From Balanoglossus misakiensis (lineage: Eukaryota > Animalia > Hemichordata): DNA of 64,000 nucleotides. The stretch covers positions 5,089,244-5,153,243 of the forward strand of contig CM082597.2 of assembly GCA_040954595.2 (NCBI GenBank), written 5' to 3'. The notes under the pieces are model-generated. The model was given only the letters and a program-made list of their open reading frames with translations, searched no databases and was not told the origin of the DNA. The position numbers and the translations under genes are program-made. This document shows positions 12,706 to 26,500 of this stretch, piece by piece (the stretch's first letter is position 1; each line of letters begins with the position of its first letter).

Positions 12706-13617
12706 GCCGTTGGTGGCGACATTAACAAATCCTGAACAGGACAGGCCCAGACAGACCAGACAGCAGAATTTGCGTCTCGGTTTGTATTTGCATTCTAAAG
12801 GAACGTTCAACCAACAGGTGCGAACCTGTCCAGCGATGTACGCGCGTTTTCAATATATATGCTAATTTTGTGCCGAGCAGTTTGGCTAATTGATTTCGAC
12901 CCCCGACAGTTCTGATTGGCCAATTGCTTTCAGCACACCTGAAGGAGGTATATCACAGCGCTTGTGATTGGCCGGTTGTGAGGGCGGCGCTCTGCACTCT
13001 CTAAACTTGGGAGTGGTGACGTAACGGCGTCGCCAGACAATTCATCACTGATCCAGGAGTCGACCATGTAATGTTTGTCCGCATGTGACAGTTCTCAAAA
13101 TTATTCTTTTGCTCAGTTATTTTTGCTCACGCGTGCACGTGGCAGTCTTGAGTATTTTTCTTCTGTTGGGTATCAAGTTTTGCTCATTATTTTTTTAACT
13201 TTTTTGGTGAACAACCAACAGAGTTAATTAAATTACTTCACTAAGTAATTGCCAGTTATTTAGGTCACAACTAATTTAAATATAAGTGAAGTAAATAAAC
13301 AATTTAGCGGTGGAGGTATCGCCGTTGGTGGCGACATTAAAAAATCCTGAACAGAGATTACAGCCCGCTATAAATGTCAGAACTGAGTCTCAAACTATTT
13401 GCATAATAGGGAGTTTGTACCAACAGGTGCTCGTAGTCTGGCGATGTTTTCAATATATATTTAAATTTTGTGACTTTGAGGTGAACAAGCATCAGAGTTA
13501 ATTAAATTACTTGAATGAGTTATTTAGGTCACAAGTAATTTAAATATAATGAAGTAAATAAACAATTTAGTGGTGACGGTATTTGCCATACTCGACGTTG
13601 GTGGCGACATTAAAAAA
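12706..13617. repeat. Degenerate tandem repeat, about 275-bp unit, 2-3 copies, interrupted by a promoter-like segment
   Basis: (GC)CGTTGGTGGCGACATTAA at 12706, 13321 and 13596; CAGAGTTAATTAAATTACTT...TAAACAATTTAG at about 13219 and 13493. Confidence 0.8.
12880..13070 (+). promoter_or_regulatory. Promoter-like element with CCAAT boxes and a CRE-like site
   Basis: CTGATTGGCCAATTG (about 12912), GTGATTGGCC (about 12964), GGGCGG (about 12982), GTGACGTAA (about 13016) in a CpG-rich setting. Confidence 0.5.
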
Positions 13618-16132
13618 TGGGGCACATGGCCAGATCACGTGATTGATAGTAAAGAATTAGAAGCACGTTTCGGCGACCTCTGAGTGGCCCGGCTTGAATA
13701 CGCCCCCTGCGACGAGTGGACTGCTTTATCTGTGTTCAATACACAGCATTATCTAAGTACACTGCGTGTTTTTATGAAACGTATGTGTGTGTGTTTTCTG
13801 CGCCCAATCATCAAATAAAATATAAAAAGAAGTTGATTAAGCTTCGTTGACAATTGCCTCACCTTAGAGGGCGCAGTCAATATAAACTTACTCGCGATGA
13901 AAGGCACGCGTGACAAATTGTAAGGATGCCGCGAAAATGCGCGAAAGTTTGATTCGCGCAGATTAACGTGCTTTGAGGGATCGTCCGGTTTCCATAGCAA
14001 TGGGAAGGTCAGTCGAGTTCATTGGTCCTAGAGCTTTCATGAGGAAGGTACCCAGCAACAGGGAGATATTGTTGGCTTCAGCTGTGAGCTGGACCACAGA
14101 TACTCGAGTTTTAATTCTGAATACATTTATTTATGTGGCCTTTTTGCGTTGACGTAGAGAAAAACGGACAAAAACTCTCACTGGGGTTTTCAGAAACTTC
14201 TCCCAACCTCAGATAACCATACGACCAGCAAATGTTCACTATTCACCTGGTATCGCGATACTGCGATTGTCCTACCCTTAATGATGAGATCTCGCGTTAT
14301 TTCAACACCTTCTTATCGGCTGGATTACAATTATTTATGCAAGGGATTAAACTAAGATAAGCGAATATGCAGCCGTCTAGTAGACCTGCAAAGAACCACG
14401 TGGACATTTTCCGAGTCGCAATGCCAATAACCATGGTAATGACGGAAGGACGTCGGGTTAAAAGCGATTGTTGGGACGTATACCATCTTGGGCCAAATTC
14501 ATGAAACGACTTCAGTAAAATCTGTTCACCCTTTAGATTTTACTAGGACCAGACCGACGCGAAGACACAGACGAAGACCCTTGCTGACCCAGACAAGTCT
14601 AGGGGGTGTTACTCTAGCATATAACTGTCTTAATATCAATTACTAGAATAATATAATAGAGTTTAAATTTGAAGGCAATAGTAGTATCTCTAGTCTACCA
14701 TGATATGCCTAGTAATTATTTCTACTCTACCACGTGCAACAAGCAAACTCATTTAGCCTCGCGTCGTGTTTCGCGGCGCTACAGAACTCACGGACGCAGA
14801 ACACCCAAAATGCCACGGTTGGTTTGAGGAGCGATTTTTATCGCGCCTTTGTTTGCGTTATCCAGTTTACAAGAACTTTGTTTTTACAAGCCAGCCAGAG
14901 CAGAATCGCCCGAGGCGACTTCGTGGGGTGAATTGGTCACCTTCCAAGCCGCGACGCCCACAAACCCAAGACGAAGGCGTCCTTCGAAACATCTACTCGC
15001 ACTAGCGGTTCATTAAGGGGACCGTTAGGGAAGTGTTGTTAGCACATAATAGCCAAAATAAACATAATTATGTATATGGTAAATGTAACTCATGTTTGTA
15101 TATACCGGGCCAAACTGTTTGTTTACTAGCTACCCACAATGCAGGCTAAGCGTCTGCTGGCTGTGTATTAACTAACATTCGACTCCTCAGCACAGCGATT
15201 TTTAATAACTGCAAAATAATCACCTATCAGTATATAATATTGTAATTGCTGTGGCGTTGACGGAAATTGATTGTTTTTGTTGTAGTGGTTTGTTGACGTC
15301 GTGTTCTGCATGGAACAAGTCTTTACCTCGGAAATGTTTGTAAGTATATCCATGACCGTGAAAAAAAAGTTCATTATAACGGTGCGCGTTGTGGTCATAA
15401 GCACAGAGTTAAGGGGCATGGTGTTATACGCTATCATTTGTGTGCCATATTTGTGGTCATTTCCTATTCATTGAAGGGGGAATTACTCACTTTTCAACTG
15501 GACCTCACAATTTGGGTCGTCGACTTTTTGTCACACCGGCCCTTTCTTGGGCCGTCTTAATGATCGAGATTGTCGACGCGAGCATCCTTGACACGGGAGC
15601 GGGGCTCGGCTCAGCGGGGTGGAGGAGTGAATTGGACGGCCGATTAAATTGGAACACGCTCGGGCAGGTACAGGCCATATAGCGTCGGGGGCGAGCGGAC
15701 CTCTGTTCAATAGTCAACCGTCGACGTGATTTGTTTTACAGCCTGGCATTGTGGACGAGCGTGTAGGTCAGTGTATCGCCCAACCACTGTGCGCCGAACG
15801 TCACGCCGCGCTCTAAACAAATGTTTTTAAAAACCCACGTCATGACCAGGATTTAATCATTTTCATTCACCTGTGCTGGATTGGACGTACTGGCTGTTAA
15901 AACCGATATTGGGATGTAGTTCATTGTGCGGTTTGGGAATTGGAGCGTTTTTCTCTCAACCTTACTGAGAAATGGAGTATTTTTGTCGACGCACGAACCT
16001 GTTGAAGCCCAATACACGGTAACTTACGCGTCCGTGGTGGTAACAGTTTCAGGTTATATCACAACGCCTTTCTTGAAAGGTTGGAATTTCTGTTAAGTGA
16101 GCGGTGTGTGTGTGTGTGTTTTTCGATTGAGT

Positions 16133-16450
16133 ATGCAGTCTCCCAGTAACTCGACCCCGCCGAGTAGCGTCAACGGCGACTCGGGAGTCGAGGTGTCGCC
16201 CAGACCGCGGAGCATGACACCACGCCGCCGCGGCGGACGGGAGATACCGATCCCCGGCGGCATGATCGTCAACGATGACGACGAATCCGACGTTGCCAGC
16301 GACCGCGATTTCCTTATCCGGCCGACGACGCCGGGAGTCAGCCCCAGCCGGCCACCGACGCCTCCCGTGCGATCGGCGTCACCGTCCCCGAGTGCGAATT
16401 GGGGTATCCTCAAACGACATCGAGAACAAACAGAAGAACAACAACAAACG
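16133..16450 (+). CDS. DIXDC1: DIXDC1 candidate alternative first coding exon A (106 aa, Ser/Pro/Arg-rich)
   Basis: GC-rich ORF MQSPSNSTPPSS...RHREQTEEQQQT ends at ACG|GTAAGC in phase 0, matching the phase-0 acceptor at 48508; CpG-island context. Confidence 0.7.
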
Positions 16451-17196
16451 GTAAGCTGAGCTTCAAGTTGTCCCCCTTATAAACATAAAACCGACCTTAA
16501 AACGTCACCCAGTATATTCACTTGGACAGGTATTTCAATGTTCAGACTGTTTGGCCGTTTGCAGGGTTGATAAAATGTTTATGTCTGTGTCTGGTATATA
16601 AAATGTGACCCTATAACCGAGTCTGTTGGATTTTATTAAGTTTTATCCTATTTAAAGACCCACAGTCTGTCCCAGGTATTGTCGAAATAGCCATTCGTGT
16701 TGGTGTAGGTCAGTCGAGGTTTGACATACACGCTACTAGTGTACTCTTAATTAATTTGGCATAGCGATTGAAGTCAGTGACAGACTGACAAAAAATCGAG
16801 GTCTTACGTAAAACAACACGGAAATGACATATACCACTGCGGGTGACAATTATGGGGGAAAGTTAACAAGCTATTCTCAGTGGACTATGGTCATTACAAG
16901 GACGACTGCTGATTCCAAAGCGACTTGGCGCGTCCATGAAGAGAGATTCTCCGTCTGCACTGTGTTCAGAAAACTCCCAGTCGTTCGCTTCGGAGGCCCC
17001 CATGTTTGAAACCGAATATCTTCGACAAACAAGAGAGGTGTTTGGGTTTCAACCCGGCCACAATGGGCTTTCTGTAAACACGAAACGCTTGCCTGTCGAC
17101 GTCTTGGCTCATGCACGATTCGAAGAAGCGGAATATGGAAGCCAAGTTCCTAGCTTTGTCAGTGAGGGGGGCCAAAGTCGCCCACTTTTGACACTA

Positions 17197-17375
17197 CAGG
17201 CGAACCTGTCTATAGTGACCAGTCAAGGGACTTTCCTAAACTGGTCTTTATAGACAGGTAGCCTATATATAGAGGTTAATTAATGCAAATGTGAATTGCA
17301 CAAGGACTGTACAAACTTGGCCACTATATAGAGGTGACCACTATATAGAGGTGACCACTAACAGAGGTTTGACTG
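17197..17375. mobile_element. TA-flanked Tc1/mariner(pogo)-type MITE, copy 1
   Basis: TA|CAGGCGAACCTGTCTATAGTGACC ... CAGAGGTTTGACTG|TA, internal CCACTATATAGAGGTGA subrepeats. Confidence 0.75.
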
Positions 17376-17735
17376 TATTTTGGTCGTTCCCTTGAAATCT
17401 TACTTATGTTGTACAGCTCAATGACTTATACTCAGTGACGTTTTGGCCCTCACAATTGAACTCACACCCTTAAAACTGATATAACACAAGGGTCCTTAAG
17501 TCATTCAATTTTGCTCAATACCAATTTTGTGTGTGTGTTATAGATGTTATGGTCACAAGACGGGGTTTGAGTTCAGTTGTGACAACCAGTCACTGTGCAA
17601 ACTTCAGTGACCAGAACAATCTGCATAAATGAGCTATCAAAAAAACCTAAAAATAACGCCAAAAGTCAGGGACTTTGTTCCTTTAAATATAGCGTTTTTT
17701 TATCATGAAGCCAATTGGGAACCATTTTGTGATAA

Positions 17736-17882
17736 CAGTCAAATCTGTCTATAGTGGACAGTCAAGGCCGAAAGTGGCCTTCACAGACAGGTGTCTTTTG
17801 AAGACAGGTTAATTAAATAGTGGCCACTACTACATAAACGTTTTCACTAATATAAAGGTGGCAATTAACTCCGGGATGACTG
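17736..17882. mobile_element. TA-flanked MITE, degenerate copy 2 of the same family
   Basis: CAGTCAAATCTGTCTATAGTGGACAGTCAAGG ... GACTG|TA; shares AGACAGGT and GGTTAATT blocks with 17197-17375. Confidence 0.65.
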
Positions 17883-19882
17883 TATAAGAAATTTCGTATA
17901 CTATTACACCACCAAAATTCTCTGAAACTGCATTGATATTTTGCAACTTGCTTATTTTCAACATGTTAGAATTACAATTTTTACAACAATACTTAGTAAG
18001 TGGACCAGTGATACGTAGGGACCCAAAACTATTTTCAGACTATTTTCAATATCTTTTTATCACAGAGTAGTTCCAATGGTATATTTTTAGCCAGACCCAC
18101 GGAATTCTGTCTGGCCCCTCTTGAACTGGACTCCTGAACGTGGGATGAAATCGGTCAGGGGTTTAGTGCCATATTTGATCTTCTTAGCAATTCAGGAATG
18201 TTTGTTTCTCTGACATGTGCAGTCGACTCCATCAAAGTGACGTTACCATACTGTCACCAATGCTGCGTTAACGTTGCCGATGACAAGTGACGCCACACGC
18301 ACATCACGACAGAAATGTCTAATGGCTCAGGGCGCCGAACCACACATTCTGGCCGGTTGAACTTCGTGAAACTGGAATAGTGAAAATTTTAACAATTCTC
18401 TAAGTACGCAATGAAATAAGATTCGTCGTTGGTTGACAATACAGAAACGTTCAATCGTGAAACGTCTAGTCCGGAGAGAGATCCCAAAAACTGGCCAACT
18501 ATGGTGACAGTTTGACAGTAATTCGTACAAGGTTTGACGGTCCAGGCATAAACCCCGGCGCCGTATATGTGCATATTGGCCAAGCTGTGGTAAGCTAAAA
18601 GCACAGGGAAAAATCTAATTTATTGTAAAATTGATGAAATTCGTCCAAAAATATCTAATCTCTCGGAATAAAAAATAGGAATGAAGCAGCAGACGACAAT
18701 TTTTGAGCAGCGAGAGTGACAATAGAACAAAGCCCAGCTGGTTCACCACTCTGACCTATAATATGGCTGCCGTAAATAAATCAATGTAACTCCATAAACG
18801 GGAGGTCAGGTAGCCGTGTTTGGAAGGACCAGTCAATACATTGTTAAAATGGCTTCTCGTAATTCGTTCATTACTGAGGCCTTCTTCGGGTGACATTTTA
18901 TGGGGAAGGAAACAAGCCTCCTACAACGTGTACTAGAAAATCCAATTCTATATGTCTCTCCGTTATTTGCCTGCAGTGAAAGTCATCTGCGCATCACGAT
19001 TTTGAAGTTTCTCGAAAACACAAAGCGTATGCAGTGCAAGTACAAATATTTACAAGGAATAAATGCGCAAAATTGCCTCATGTTACAAATAAATATAAAG
19101 TGACAAGCTTTCTAGCGAGTTCTTAAAACGCAAATATGAAACTGATCGATTCTGTATTTTGTGAAGATAATGTATAGACAAACAGAGCTGTTTGAATGGT
19201 GAGAAAATACAAAGACCGTTAAATATGAACTTCTATGCTGAGCTTTGTGTGTTTCTCGGCATATTTGACAACAAGGCACAACAGAGCAACCTGTGGAATA
19301 TTGTAGATAATCATGTAAAGTCTTCTGTCGCTATACAATCAACAGGTGGTTGCTCCATAGACTTTCTATGTGAGTAGAATTGGTTATGTAACTGTAACAT
19401 TTCCATAAATTAACATGGGAGTGGGTGTTTTATTTTTGATAAAAATAATAAATAAATAAATAAATAAATAAATAATAAATAAATAAATAAGTTGGAGTTG
19501 ATGAAATAGATCGAATGTGAAATAGTGAAATTATTATCAAAAGTTACAGCTGCCGTCCGTTTCAACGTTAAAACGCAAATGTCATTCTTTGTGGCTGCGT
19601 AAAGGAAGTCAAGAGAAATAATTATAAACTGGCTGTATCTAGATATAAACGCTGATAATCTAATTGTGATCATGTTATGGTGTTATGGACTTTATTCGGA
19701 GATTTGACAGAACGTGACGAAATTGTCGCTGAGTGAAGAATGACGTAGGTGTTAAATGTGATCATATAACGCCCAAGTTTTCGATCGGTTGTAACGGGTT
19801 CTTTGACACAACAGTCGTTATCCATGACAGTTTATAGGGGGACAGAGAGGAGAGAATGGTGCAATAAAGTTAAACTTTTTCC

Positions 19883-19968
19883 ATGTCATTGACCCACATG
19901 TTGACAATAAATAGCCGTTATTATGACATAATGACGGCTATTTATTGTCAACATGTCAACAATGACAT
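19883..19968. repeat. Near-perfect palindrome/hairpin (30-bp arms plus outer 9-bp arms)
   Basis: 19896-19925 is the reverse complement of 19927-19956 with one mismatch; ATGTCATTG/CAATGACAT outer arms. Confidence 0.9.
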
Positions 19969-20420
19969 TGTTGCATGCATTGGCACCTGTATTGAGGGTT
20001 TACGTCATGTCCTGGCTTGTGATGGTCGCACACACGAACACATCAGTCGGTTGACGTCACCCCAATACACGGCAGCAATAGAACTGTACATCTAAAGTTA
20101 AACTTTGCACCTCCAGCTCGCATTTGTCTCTGTACTGTTGTGATGATGTTAAATGGATCCCCAAGCAGATCCAGTTGTATGCTTCTGCTAGTGATTGACT
20201 TTTTGGTTCCGCCGTGTGGGGTAAAGTGGACACCTCTTTTGCAAACTGATTCGCCCTGAGCATCCATCTCGTGTTGTGTGTGTTCACTATTTTGCTGTTT
20301 TCACGTCTTTTGAAACTCGAACCGGACACGCCAAAAGGAAACTTTCCTATTTAGAGAACCACGGTGTCGTTTTGCGTAACACTAACACCAACGGTGTTGT
20401 TTTCGAAGTAACTCGTCTCC

Positions 20421-20502
20421 TAACCCTGCGTACAGGTCTGTGTGTTCCCGGCGTTACACGGCCGTGTAACGCCGAGAACACACAGACCTGTACGCAGAGC
20501 TA
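20421..20502. mobile_element. 82-bp fully palindromic MITE with a 9-bp target-site duplication
   Basis: 36-bp arms (20426-20461 / 20462-20497, one mismatch, no loop); CTCGTCTCC direct repeats at 20412-20420 and 20503-20511. Confidence 0.85.
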
Positions 20503-23500
20503 CTCGTCTCCGAGTTGGGAGGGATGACGGTCGATTGGTCTTATTTCTCGAGCTGCTTTGTTTAATTGTCGTGTAGACCTACAAAAAAATGAACATTCTT
20601 CGTTAAAATAACCCAGACTGGTAACTCGACAGAATCAGCTGATTAAAGTTCTGACATCAGGTGTTTCATAGTTGAACACTCTGCGGACGACAAGGGGAAA
20701 AACTTGAAGTTAACTCCACTTTTCACTTAACAAACCCAACGATGATAGAGGTTAAATGAGTCAACTACAGCTCCTCAAAAACCGAGTCCCCTGAACACCG
20801 AGTAATTGAAAGAGTCTTCTGGCCATCTTCATCGGCGGTTTGTCGGCGAATTCCTCGCATGGATAGATCTATTCTCCCCCTTGAGTGTCTGATACGGTCG
20901 GTGGGCATCTGTTCATTGTGCGGGATATTGGCATCGGAATGCGGTTCACAATGGACCTCATAACGCGTTACGCCGGCAGAGAATACACTCGCATGTCGGT
21001 GATAATTGTCCTCGTTTTGTGCGCCGTTCGACGTGATTGGACACGACCATTGTGACATCATGGAGGTAAAATGCCACGCAAATTCAGGCAGTGGGTCGGT
21101 GTCGATCGCCTGCTCATAGTGTAGCTGTTTGCCTGGCTGTCGTTGGTATTTTTGTACCGCAGACAAGAACTTTCACGATGGCTTGAGTTGTTAAACCCGA
21201 TACTGATGGAGAAAGTGGTAACATTTATAGTGAAACTGAAAAATGCTATAACGCTCACAGTAGCAGACCGACCGCAAACAGGCAATATTTAAGGAGACAA
21301 AGTTGGTCATCTCGATATTCAATATTATGTTGCAATTTTTGTAAATTGCAAGCAATCCGATTTTTACATCCTAAACTTTGTTGGTTTCCATTATTGACGT
21401 GGGCATTTCTATTGATGTAAGCACGGAACTGTCCATAGGGAAACAAAAGGTCGGCTGTGCATAAGACATATGCACACCCCTTTAACGCAATGACACTGTA
21501 CCATCACAACATCTGGTACGTAGCCTACAATAATTGACGTTAGGGATTTTTCCTAAGATTTTTACCACTTATCAAATTATTAGAGAGTGGAGCTTTAATG
21601 ACTAACATTCAACATGATTCAATACAAAGCTTGCAGTAGAGAAAATATCAGATCAGCTTCACTTGATAGAACAATAAGTATAGTATTAGGAAGCTTGCAC
21701 GACGTTTACAAAGCAGAACTTTAAAGGCGTTAATCAAACAAAGGTGCGAATTGTTTATATGTTTGCTTCCAAAGCGTTTCCTGAAGTGTGTTTGTTGTTG
21801 AAAGATTTTATTTGGCGAACATTAATGTAAGCTTACAGCACTGAGCGGCGAGGTCAACTGTAAGACCCATCACAGCCACTTCATAACATTTTACTGGTTT
21901 TGAGCTTTGGGTAGGGGAAGTTGAGAACTTCCCTTGACAGAGAAATTCCTCGGTGGCCAGAGTTTATGTGGATGTTTTATTCCGGACAATAGCACGCAAT
22001 TTGTCCGTAAACTTTTGTGTCAACGGACGAATAGGGGAGGTCAATGGCATGTCCCTACACGTGTGAATTTGGCACGCGTCCAATATCCCCACTCCAGTCG
22101 GCGAATTCAACAGCGAATTTGCCCGCAAATACAACACCTCTGGTTGACTGTTGCCTTGTTTTGTTCGTTTACAGCCTCACCTCGTTGGATTTTACGACTC
22201 CCTATATGTCGCAAATTCCTTTTCCCCGCAGATGGTCGATACCCACCACCAAATAAGCAATTGATATTGCCAGTCACGCCAAACACGCTCATTACAAAGA
22301 AATTTAGAACATTCGCTCTACTCAATCCCAAAATTGTGACGCAAGACGACAAGGTACTCATTGTCATGACCAGTGTGCGTAATGTGAGCTGATTGCAACA
22401 CCATAGGTTTCAACATGTCTTGAGTAGTTTAATTCCTTTTAAGACATTGAAAAAAGAAACATTTCCCAACTTAAGAAAACGATCACCCAAGTGTGAAAAT
22501 AATATAATCAAAATTAAAAATAGGTTTTAAGAAATGTTGTGATGCATTTACAGTTTGTGCAATGTGAATCGTGAAATTCCACACTGATTTGATGATACCA
22601 TATCATATCATATCATGATATGATACGATACGATTCGATAATGACGTGTTTTTGTTGTGTTATCGTATGATTGCCGAGTCATGTGGGGGAATAAGCTGTA
22701 AGGCCGTTCGAGGGCGTGCTTCAAATGCCTTTCAAGTCACGAGGACACGATCCGCATGGAGCCGTGTATGAAGTTATATACTTCATAGTAAAAAGAGGAA
22801 GACAACAACTATACCTCACTATTATATTGAACTGTTTGTGTATTTCAGAATCCAAACACACAATACTGATTTATGTTGTTGTTTCACTGTTCTCAAATAC
22901 TTACAAATTAATTGACCTCACGTCACTCAAATCACCACCACTAATGTCGCACAGTGCAAATCTGGCGTGCAATATCTTTGTTGCCATGGCAGTGAGATCA
23001 GCCACCGCCATACCTTTGTGACCCGTTAAGCCCGACCCGGGGCGAAATAGCTGTAGTCCTAGAAAATTCTGCTATTTTTATCATTTGTGTGGTGATACTT
23101 CACCCTGTAACTTAATCATTAGTGTGTATGAACAAAACCATCATGCAATGTCCAACAGAAGAAATCAATATCTCACTCTTGATGCGAAACAAAGGTCAAA
23201 GCATTCGACTCTACGTAATCATGGTGATACCAACTATTTTCTTGTTCGACGGTATGTACTGTAACATGATTTATTGCAATGTATAATAGAAGGAGGTTGT
23301 GCGAATGCACGCTTGGTTAAACTTTTTTGTTGTGTTAAAGGGACAGGGCTAACTTTTGATATTATTTTGGTTATATTATTTCAATTTGATAGGCTAGTTA
23401 TGTTGGTCTACTCACGTCATGGCTAAATTCATAACCAACACATGGGTATTACACATGTCAAGCGTGAGGTTGCTGGCGCAAGTTCACTCGATAAGAAATC

Positions 23501-26500
23501 GTCGTTTGGTGATCTTATAACTTTGAGCCTAACCCTCTTGTATTACATAGCAACCACAACACCATATAACGGAATTGGTGATGTTTAGCTTGGAAAAAAC
23601 GGTCTTGACAACGCTACAAGATTTGCGTTACTAATATTTATGGATGTGCGATCCGAAAGATTTTACTGCGTTGGATCTTTGGATTCTCCTTTGTAAAGTT
23701 TTGTCAAAATCCGTTATCAAAATATAGGCCCAGCACTTAGACGATTAATGACAAGAACATGCCGCGTCATTAGTTACGATAACAGTGTAACTGACAACTT
23801 GGCTGTCAATATAATCATAGGGAATAGCGAAGAAGTCCTGAATGATTGCTTTCGGTGCGTGACCTTTCCTACTTTAGTCTAATCAGTAAAATATCTTAGG
23901 CTACATATGTACATGTACATGTATTCTGTAGGAATTTTCGCAATTCTCGACGGAGGGCGCTCCTGGCTGACATGGGCATTGATGTTACCGGCCGGTACTG
24001 GTAATTTTATGTCTGTACCACCGCTGAGGGCATGGAATAATTTCGTGAATGGGTTACAAAGGAGTGAAATCCGTCAGCAAACACACCCCTTCAACGCCTA
24101 CTAAAATAGACCAAGCCAGGGAAGACGTATGCCTCCGTTTCGTCACAATGAATTTTGGTCAGGGGACGTGGTTTGGCGTCTGTCAGACCATAGACCCTAC
24201 GGTCAGACTAAACAACAGAGGACGGTTTCCAACCCTGCAATTCAGATGAATGTATTCTCGTGTGCTGACCCCGAAGTGACCACGGCCACTGATTGCGTTG
24301 GTCAGCGATAAGCGAACCTGTGCACGCTTGTAACACCACTGTCGGCACTTTGTGTGTTGCATAATTACCGACGACGTTAAAGTTAATTAGCATTCGTTGC
24401 ATTCCACTGAGATGTCTTGCGATCGATGAGCGATTCTGGCGGTACTCGAGAAAATACAAAATTATCACGCTTGGTTCTTTTTTTGTAACTAATAAATTAA
24501 CGAAGATTAAGACATAAGCGTTATTGCTATTAAAGCTTAGTAGTATTTGACAAGTAGCTTATGGGCGATGCATTTGATTTCGTAATATCAAATATACAAC
24601 TGTACAAGCACCGGGGTGAAAAACTTGAATATTTTAACGTTTTCATATTTTTTTCCAGAAATTTCGACATTGATTGTTGCGTTGAGTTTTTATTCTTGCA
24701 AGATTCCACATTTGTAGTTTAAAATTAGCTTACTTTGAGCGCACTATCACGCTCAATTGCATTGAAAGGCTGATATACATGCGTTCTCTGTATACATACC
24801 GAAAAAGCACCGACAAGCAATATAAGACGTTACAGATAGTTTCTCGTCAAAGTTTTAGCATGGTCACTCCACGTGGTTTTAGTGAATAAACATACACAGT
24901 TATGATAGTCGCTCCTGTTATCGTGATACAATGTACATGTTATATATCACGCACCCAAACAGACCAATGTGCATGATGTGTGGCTGTGTAAGGAGTAATT
25001 CACGACAGATCCGATTTAATTGGGGATATTCTCGACAGAAGCTTGTTTAGGAATGAACGATATTATTTTACGACAGACAAATGCTTGTTGTGATGTCATT
25101 CCTTACCGTTTTCGTCCATTCTACCTCCTAAGGGATTTAAATTCATTAAACAAACATCTTTCAATCCTCCTATTTCTTTTACGTCTATAGACAGATACTG
25201 TTGGGGGGAACCGTCTCTTTCAAGTTTTGTTTTCGGACTTTACGGGTGAAACCATTTTGTTTATTGTAGACGGGGTACCAGCAAGATAGGCGTAACGAGA
25301 CCTCGTAGATTTTATTGCCTCGTATAGCTATATTGTACGTCGTCTGGATTTCTAATTGTAAAACACGTTAATTAGTCTAGGATTTAGAAACCATAGTGGC
25401 GAACCACACACATTTTAAATGCGTGCAGACGCGCATTTTTCGTATCGTTTCCTCTTGAGAAAATCGGACTGCTCATGAATAATGTATTATCCTTAATCGC
25501 CATTTTGAAATCTTCGACATTGTATGGTAGTAACTGACTTGGTGATTACGGGAACTGTATGTGTGATCGTCGTACAGATCAGAGTGCGAAGAGAGTACAT
25601 TGTGGCCAAATTGCCAGAACAATTCCCTTAACTGGCGAAGACAACGCACGTAATCGATATTGCTCCACTGTGAATGAATCAAAACAGATCGTCGATTGTG
25701 TTTGTATTGATCGGGAGCGAGAATAATAACACCGCCGCGGCACTGACGTTCACGGACGCCGGGAACTGAACGCCGGCAACTCGTACGCCGACGGACACGG
25801 TGGTTTAAGATATTTCAGGTGACCGTGGCTCTATTTTGGAGGATATCCTGGAAATTTTAACTCCGGTGGATCAGGGGATAGTTTGCGCGGCAGAGTAAAC
25901 CTAAATAATCACCGTGACATCAGTTGGATCGACAGACGCTGGCTTTCTCAGGACACGTAAATTTGAATTTTCGCTCCAATTCCGCCATTTTGGATATCCA
26001 AGACGTTGATCCCGAATCCAGTTCAAAAGTCGGTATCTGTTAATATTTAAAACAAATCGCAAATCTGCATTTTATCTGAGTTACTCGACATTTAAAATCT
26101 AGGAGTTCATCGCTACTCGATTTGTCCAAGGACTTCCTTCCGTGGGAAATAAACCTTGTAAAACATACAGGATTCCCTGTTGAGATAGTGGATGGATCAT
26201 TGACAGTAATCGACAGAACCACTATATGTGAGCTTTGGATCGCATGCTGTTGTGTTGTGTTTTTTTATTTCTGAGGTAACTTAGAGCCAAGTCGGGGTTA
26301 CGTAAACCATTTCCTCCAGCAAAAACCAAGCGCGTTGTGTTTTCTGACGCTGAGTTAAAAGCACCGTTAGACTGACAAACAGGTGGTTTCCGTGTGCGCT
26401 TTGCCCATATATATCGCGCACCTAAATTCACATTAATGTGAGTTAAGTTCTTTCTCAACCTCTTACAAGTAAACGGGACGTGACCAAAACACCTGCCGTG

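Noticed and set aside
18468-18595. Strong donor GTG|GTAAGC at 18589 as another coding first exon
   Set aside because: There is no in-frame ATG before the upstream TAG in phase 0; it could only be non-coding.
21934-22392. 152-aa plus-strand ORF and other 60-140-aa ORFs in 8-47 kb
   Set aside because: Non-ATG or weak starts, no recognisable domains and no supporting splice structure.
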